Assembly (NCBI GenBank): GCA_008632985.1
Contig: QPGO01000017.1
Location: forward strand, 124,001 to 188,000
Length of the DNA: 64,000 bases
From: Psammoneis japonica
Lineage: Eukaryota
Reading direction: 5' to 3'
Under the pieces are notes generated by a model. The model made no database searches. It was not told where the DNA came from and saw only the letters and a list, made by a program, of their open reading frames with translations. The stretch's first letter is position 1. Each line of letters opens with the position of its first letter. Positions 63,090 through 64,000 of the stretch are shown here, one piece after another. The position numbers and the translations under genes are program-made.

Positions 63090-63543
63090 ACCGGCATGAC
63101 AAGCAGGAGATGGGATGAAGGTGCTGCAAGGAGCTGCACTTGCACTCGTGCATTGAGCAACACAGCAACAACAACAGCAAGCGTTGTTCGCGTTGGAGTT
63201 TCGAGTGTGAGTGATGGAAGATCAAGATGGAAGCGAGTTGTTTTGAATGAGACGTCGTTTCAAACGAACTTTACGACGTCATTGTGACGTTGACGAACCG
63301 GATCTTTTTTTCTTACCGCCCGGCCGGCTGAGAGCTCGCAGGCAACCAGTCACCCATTTCGCTCATCTCAAATCAATCTTCTTGGCCAGTGCCATTCCGC
63401 ACTCTGCCAATCAACCACATCAAGAATCACGAGCAGCAGCAGCGAACCGAAGTGTGTCTTTGAGATATAGCGTGCATCGTGTGATAGTCTGAGGTTTCAC
63501 CATATCTAAAGGAATCGAATCGTCCACTGAGAGTAGTTTCAGC

Positions 63544-64000
63544 ATGAAGAAGTTGGTTGTCGGTGTGTGGATTACAGGGGCTGTTGCCAGCGGTGTTGCT
63601 GCCTTCACCGTCCTTGGTGCTAGCACTAGGAATGCCTTGAGATTCTCGCAAAGACAACCGCACTCGTTCGCCGTAACAAGGAGGTATCTCGCGGATCGTG
63701 TACAAACAAACAAGGCGGAGGAGATCCTCTCGAGTCGCAGTGCCGGTCCAGAGCTGACACGTTCCCAGGTAGAAAAGCTTACGGTGCCTCAACTGAAACA
63801 GCAGCTTCGCTTGTGCGGACTTAAAGTTGGTGGACGAAAAGTAGAACTGATAGATCGACTCTTGGCATTTTATGGCGAGGTGCCAGAGGTTGAGAATTAT
63901 GTTGAAGTTGATCAGCAAAACGAGAATTATGTTGAAGTTGATGTAGTAGATCAGCAAAACGATGCGAGAGATAGTAAGGCTCGTCGTTTTGCCAAGGAGA
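63544..64000 (+). CDS. 5' part of a predicted plastid-targeted SAP-domain protein (runs off the window; absent from the ORF track)
   Basis: MKKLVVGVWITGAVASGVAA|FTVLGASTRNALRFSQR is a signal peptide with ASAFAP-like cleavage plus transit peptide. SAP motif LTVPQLKQQLRLCGLKVGGRKVELIDRLL. Confidence 0.8.
   Translation, partial: MKKLVVGVWITGAVASGVAAFTVLGASTRNALRFSQRQPHSFAVTRRYLADRVQTNKAEEILSSRSAGPELTRSQVEKLTVPQLKQQLRLCGLKVGGRKVELIDRLLAFYGEVPEVENYVEVDQQNENYVEVDVVDQQNDARDSKARRFAKE

Larger units (their letters stand above)
33650..63250. other. TpA- and CpG-depleted relic/transposon domain, right (~30 kb)
   Basis: Same signature as the left domain. TA fades across ~33480-33650 and returns at ~63270-63470. 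Surviving TA is mostly TTAA/CTAG/CTAA/TTAG. Confidence 0.95.

Noticed and set aside
35390..63250. Alternative genetic code or Tyr-free codon usage as the explanation
   Set aside because: The depletion is frame- and strand-independent and covers non-coding repeats and TIRs. Neighbouring genes use the standard code with normal Tyr and TAA/TAG stops.
33650..63250. Classical fungal RIP
   Set aside because: RIP raises TpA and lowers CpA/TpG. The opposite is seen here, and the linked duplication at 21.9-28.4 kb is unaffected.

Overview
Eukaryotic DNA, most likely a diatom or other ochrophyte: short GT-AG introns, a bipartite plastid-targeting presequence, and stramenopile-type piggyBac and LINE relics. 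The window has two sharply different compartments. (1) A gene island of normal composition at about 11.1-33.4 kb, resuming at about 63.4 kb. It holds RPS6, SmD2, a Tudor-like plus 2x CW zinc-finger chromatin reader, a GAF-like/TKL kinase, a tandem segmental duplication (decayed twin-domain CaMK-like kinases plus two chimeric coiled-coil genes), a MITE nested in a TIR element, and the start of a plastid-targeted SAP-domain gene. (2) Two relic/transposon domains (1 to ~10.9 kb and ~33.6 to 63.2 kb) in which both CpG and TpA are almost erased and replaced by TpG/CpA. CpG loss fits ordinary 5mC deamination. The TpA loss is the main finding. It is context-specific (TAY>TGY, equivalently RTA>RCA; TTAA/CTAG/CTAA survive), turns conserved transposase Tyr into His/Cys, is visible directly between the two TIRs of one element, and is partly uncoupled from CpG loss. 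It looks like a heterochromatin-confined A:T>G:C hypermutation (reverse-RIP-like) system, or else a base modification mis-read by long-read sequencing. Most ORF-track entries inside these domains are artefacts of stop-codon loss.
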